A stretch of 62,869 bases of DNA, taken from assembly GCF_902713615.1 (NCBI RefSeq), contig NW_024055731.1, positions 1 through 62,869 of the forward strand, written 5' to 3'. Position numbers and translations under genes: made by a program. Below the pieces are notes generated by a model. It made no database searches. It was not told where the DNA came from and saw only the letters and a list, made by a program, of their open reading frames with translations. Positions 58,791-62,869 of the stretch are shown here, in pieces; position 1 is the first letter of the stretch, and every line of letters begins with the position of its first letter. The DNA is from Scyliorhinus canicula (lineage: Eukaryota).

Positions 58791-59699
58791 AAAAGACCGG
58801 GATTCACAATAACTGGGTCAGGGTTCTAATGTACTGATTACTGTTACAGGGTAAATATTCATAATAACGGAGACAGGGTGTGCAGCAATGATTAATGGAG
58901 GGAGTCCAGAATCAGGGACACAGTCTAAGGATATAGATGAGGAGAAATTTATTGACCTAGAGTGGTGAGCCTATGGAATTCTCTACCACACAAAACAGTT
59001 GGGGCCAAAGCATTGTATGTTTACTGGAAGGAATTATATATAGCTCTTGTGGCAATAGGGATCATAGGATATGGAGGGAAAGCGAGAACAGTTTACTGAG
59101 TTGGATGATCAGCCACGATCAGAATGAATGAAAGAGCAAGTTCAAGGGGTCGAACGGCCTATTCCTTCACCTATTGTCTATGCTTCTATACTTCTATTGT
59201 TCTATGTAATGCAAAAAAGCCTAAATTAGATATAATCTGAAACAGGATCTAGTACAGTAATTTCTGATACAGGGTCTAGATTAATATAAACCGAGACAAG
59301 GTCGAGTGCAGTGATTTCTGATGGGGGCCGGGGGGCTGTTCAGTAATATGAATTTAGAGAGGGTTCTCGTGTACTAATTGCTGATAGAGCGTCGAGATTA
59401 ATATAAAGTAAGACAGATTCTAGTGCCGTAATTATTGATGCAGGGTCTAGATTAACGAAAACTGAGATAAGGTCTAATGCAGTGATTACTGACTCAGGGT
59501 ATACATTCGAACAAAGCGAGACAGGGTCGATTGCAGGGACTGCCCAAGATTGATGTTAATAAATGTAGGGCCGAGTGTGATGTTCACCGTTACACGTTTG
59601 AGATTATATACATTAAGACATATGTGTGTTTTTTTCTGAGTGTTAGTGTGTGTGGACATTTTCACACCAAATTCCTGCACAAATAATTCCTTTGTTTTA

Positions 59700-60170
59700 T
59701 ACACCAATTAATGGGACGGAGTATGGGGAACTTTACTCTCCACATACCCTGCGTTTTTCCTGCTCTGCAAGTATCTGATGGTCCGCCAAAAGGAAGCTTT
59801 ACTCTGTTCCTCACATGTGCTTTACCTGTCCTTCACATGTTAGATGGCGGATGTTGTGGAGGGGACTTTGCTTTGTGTTGTACCTGTCCTTCGAGTATTT
59901 GAGGGGAGATTGTAAAGCGAAGTTTATTCAGTAACTAAATGTTTACTGTTGGGGCCCTGGGAGTGTATAATGGGACAGGTTTTCGGAAGTTTTATTCTTT
60001 ATTGAAAACTGTGATGTATTTGGCCTGAGAGTGTTTGCTGGTTAAGTGTGTAGGAAGCTTTGCTCTGTATGCAACCCCGTACTGTACCTGACCTGCGTGA
60101 ATTTGACGGAATAGTTTAGACAAGCAGAGCGTTACTAAAGCTGTCCTTGGAATTCTGATGGGACACGAGG
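59700..60170. repeat. Degenerate GC-richer minisatellite (about 65-70 bp unit)
   Basis: Recurrent GATGG...GGAAGCTTTACTCTG...TGTACCTGTCC...GGGAGTGT words. Confidence 0.6.
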
Positions 60171-60494
60171 AATGGAAAGGTCTGGGACAACTATCTTAAT
60201 GTCTGTGTCATATTTGAAAAGTGGGGGAAATTGATGCTCAGGTGATTAAAGGGGCAGCTAGCAGAATGTGTACAACAGTGACTAAAGGACAGAATACAGT
60301 GTAGATGTTAACAATTGTTTCAGATTGGGTGGGGTACAGAGTGTTATTCTCCACTGGGTAATATTAGCAGCACTGCTTTTTCTGTTATATATTAATAGAC
60401 AGGACTCGGGACTCGGGTTCACAGGATATGAATTGAAAAGTTGCATTTGTCTCCCAAATTGACAATGTAGTAAACAGGGAAGAGGATTACATAC

Positions 60495-60960
60495 ATAGAG
60501 ACATAGAAGTTGGGAGCAGGAGGAGGCCTTTTGGCCCTTCGAGCCTGCTCCGCCATCTATCACGATCATGGCTGCTCATCCATCTCAATAGCCTAATCCA
60601 GCTTTCTCCCCACAGCCTTTGATCCCATTCTCCCCAAGTGCTATATCTAGCCGCCTCTTGAACATATTCAATGTTTTCGGATTAACTATTTCCTGTGGTA
60701 ATGAATTCTACAGGCTCACTACTCTTTGGGTGAACGAATAACTCCTCATCTCTGTCCGAAATGAATACTGAATCCTCAGACTATGGCCTGGTTCTGGACA
60801 CACCCATCATCTGAAACATCTTCCCTGCATCTACACTGTCTAGTCCTGTTAGAATTGTATAAGTCTCTATTAGATCCCCGCTCATTCTTCTGAACTCCAG
60901 CGAGAACAATCCTTACGTAGTCATTCTCTCCTCATATGACAGTCCCGCCGTCCCTGGTGT
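60495..60960 (-). mobile_element. CR1-type LINE 3' end
   Basis: ACATAGAGACATAGAAG..GGAGCAGGAG..GGCCCTTCGAGCCTGCTCCGCC tail, like 32752. Confidence 0.85.
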
Positions 60961-61099
60961 TGTAACAAGGATGTGTCCAGCCTGGCTACAACAGGTCGCT
61001 GACTTCTTCATGCACACAGGCAGATAGGTGGCAGATAAAATTCAATGTTGAGAAGTGATGCATTAAAACTAAATTTTTGAGGGGGGGGGGGGTCGTTTG

Positions 61100-62869
61100 T
61101 ATCAAAAATTAGAAAACCAATGTTAAAAGAGAAGGTGAGAGTGCAGGTTAATTATCAGGATATTGACCGAGTAAAACGGGCCGAGGGCTCAGGGGAGGTT
61201 AGTAAAGTTTACAGAACACGTACTAGAGTAGGGAGTATGGAAAGTGGCAGGTATACAACTTCAGGCACAGCAGAAAAGTGGAGAACGATGAGAAGGGGTG
61301 GTCAACGCAGAACTGCGGGTGTTGTACCTGAATGTGCGCAGTATACAGAACAAGGTAAATTAACTCATTGCGCACATTGTAATTGGTTGGTACGATGTTA
61401 TGGACATCACAGAGACGTGGCTGTGAGGGGATCAGGGCTCGAATCTAAATATCCAAGGATATGTGTCCTATCGAAAGGAAAGGCAGATGGGAAAAGAGGG
61501 CGGGGTTGCATTGTGAGTTAATGAAATTAACTCGACAGCAAGAAGCAGTTTAAGGTCAGAAGGCATAGGATCCCTGTGGGCAGAGTTGACGAATCGCAAA
61601 GGAAAAAAGACGCTGATGAGAGTTACTTACAGCCCCCTAGCCGTAGTGAGAATGTGGGGCACAAAATAAATCAGGAGATATAGAACAGTACAGCACAGAA
61701 CAGGCCCTTCGGCCCTCGATGTTGTGCTGAGCAATGATCACCCAACTCAAACCCACGTATCCACCCTATACCCAACAACCCCCCCCCCCTTTAACCTTAC
61801 ATTTTTTTAGGACACTACGGGCAATTTAGCATAGCCAATCCACCTAACCCGCACATCTTTTGGACTGTTGGAGGAAACCGGAGCACCTGGAGGAAACCCA
61901 CGCACACACGGGGAGGACGTGCAGACTGCGCACAGACAGTGACCCAGCCGGGAATCGAACCTGGGACCCTGGAGCTGTGAAGCATTTATGCTAACCACCA
62001 TGCTACCGTGCTGCCCCAAACGCATATAAGAGAGGCAATATTACAATAATCATGGGGGACTTCAATATTCAGGAGGGCAGGAAACGTCAGGTTGGTAGCA
62101 GATTCCAAGAAATGGAATTTGTGGAATTTCGATGTGAAGTTTTTTGGAGCAGCTTGTGATAGAGGTCAGTCGAGAACATGCAATTCTGCATTTGCTGATG
62201 TGTAATGAGCTAGACATGAATAGGGAACGTAAGGTGAAGGAACCCTCACGGGGCAGTGACCACAATATGATAGAATTCATCCTGCAATTTGGAGGTAGAA
62301 TCTGGAGTCAAATGTAACGGTATTACAATTGAATAAAGGTAACTACAAAGATAAAGGGAGGAGCTGGCCAGAGTTGATGGGACGCAGGGAGACAGTGGAA
62401 CAGCAGTGGCAGGACATTATGGGGATTATTCGCGAGGCACTACACAAATTAATCCCAAGGAGGAGGAACCATGCTAAGGGGAGGACAGGGCATCCATGGT
62501 TGACAAGGGAAGTCAAGGACAACATAAAAGCAAAGGAATAAGCAGACAATGTGGCGAATATGAATGGGATGCCAGAGTATACGGAAGCATTTAAAAGCTG
62601 ATGTAATGTAAAAGCTAATAGAGATTTTTATTATTACTTTTGAACTGGGGGCACTGCTTCTACGTTTTCAGACGATGCAAAGATACGTAGAGGAATAGGT
62701 TGTGCTGAGGAAGCAGAGAGGCTGTAGAAAGACCTGGTCAGGCCAAGAGAGTGGGAAAAGAAGTAGCAGATAGAATACTATGTAGAAATGTTTGAGCTTC
62801 TAAACTTTGGAGGAAACATAGAGTATTTTCTAATTGGGGTAGGGCTGAGGAAATCAGAAGCTCAAATGG
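61100..62869 (+). mobile_element. Decayed CR1 ORF2 (APE endonuclease region), interrupted by a young HE1 SINE (61680-62017, minus strand)
   Basis: SIQNKVN.LIAHI...DITETWL; after the SINE IIMGDFN; SDHNMIEF; PWLTREVK. Confidence 0.85.

Larger units (their letters stand above)
55250..59510. repeat. Ancient degenerate satellite of about 27-bp monomers, interrupted by Penelope, CR1 and SINE insertions
   Basis: Clearest at 59240-59500: alternating ACAGGGTCTAGATTAATATAAACCGAG and ACAAGGTCGAGTGCAGTGATTTCTGAT; related words at 55250-56075, 57645-57800 and 58795-58900. Confidence 0.6.

Noticed and set aside
46870-62025. Repeated ORFs beginning MVVSINASQLQGPRF
   Set aside because: Translations of HE1-type SINE copies.

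Overview
Vertebrate genomic DNA, most likely from a cartilaginous fish. The SINE, CR1 and Penelope repeats resemble those of sharks (possibly a catshark; this is inference). The window covers part of a T-cell receptor alpha/delta-type V cluster: about 15 V genes, pseudogenes or fragments in mixed orientation between 1 and 44.3 kb, with leader exons and 22-24 bp spacer RSSs. Only two are intact as assembled (30269-30763 and 38883-39329, both minus strand). No D, J or C segment was recognised. The first V exon is cut by a 15.3-kb tandem array (6 units of about 2.4 kb plus a diverged terminal unit). Each unit carries a tRNA-Pro(TGG) gene with an 18-nt intron at the canonical 37/38 site, a tRNA-Val gene (CAC, switched to TAC in units 4 and 5) and a decayed second intron-bearing tRNA-Pro. 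Next to the array is a 5.1-kb head-to-head Penelope palindrome with two outward-facing 3' ends, minimal hammerhead ribozyme motifs and a 15-bp target-site duplication. The same architecture recurs at 56-57.6 kb. Beyond 44.3 kb the window is mostly SINEs, CR1 LINEs and satellites, with one unique island of dense RUNX/ETS/GATA/TCF sites (candidate T-cell enhancer). Frequent 1-nt indels suggest imperfect polishing, so some pseudogene calls may be artefacts. Repeat boundaries were estimated by eye.
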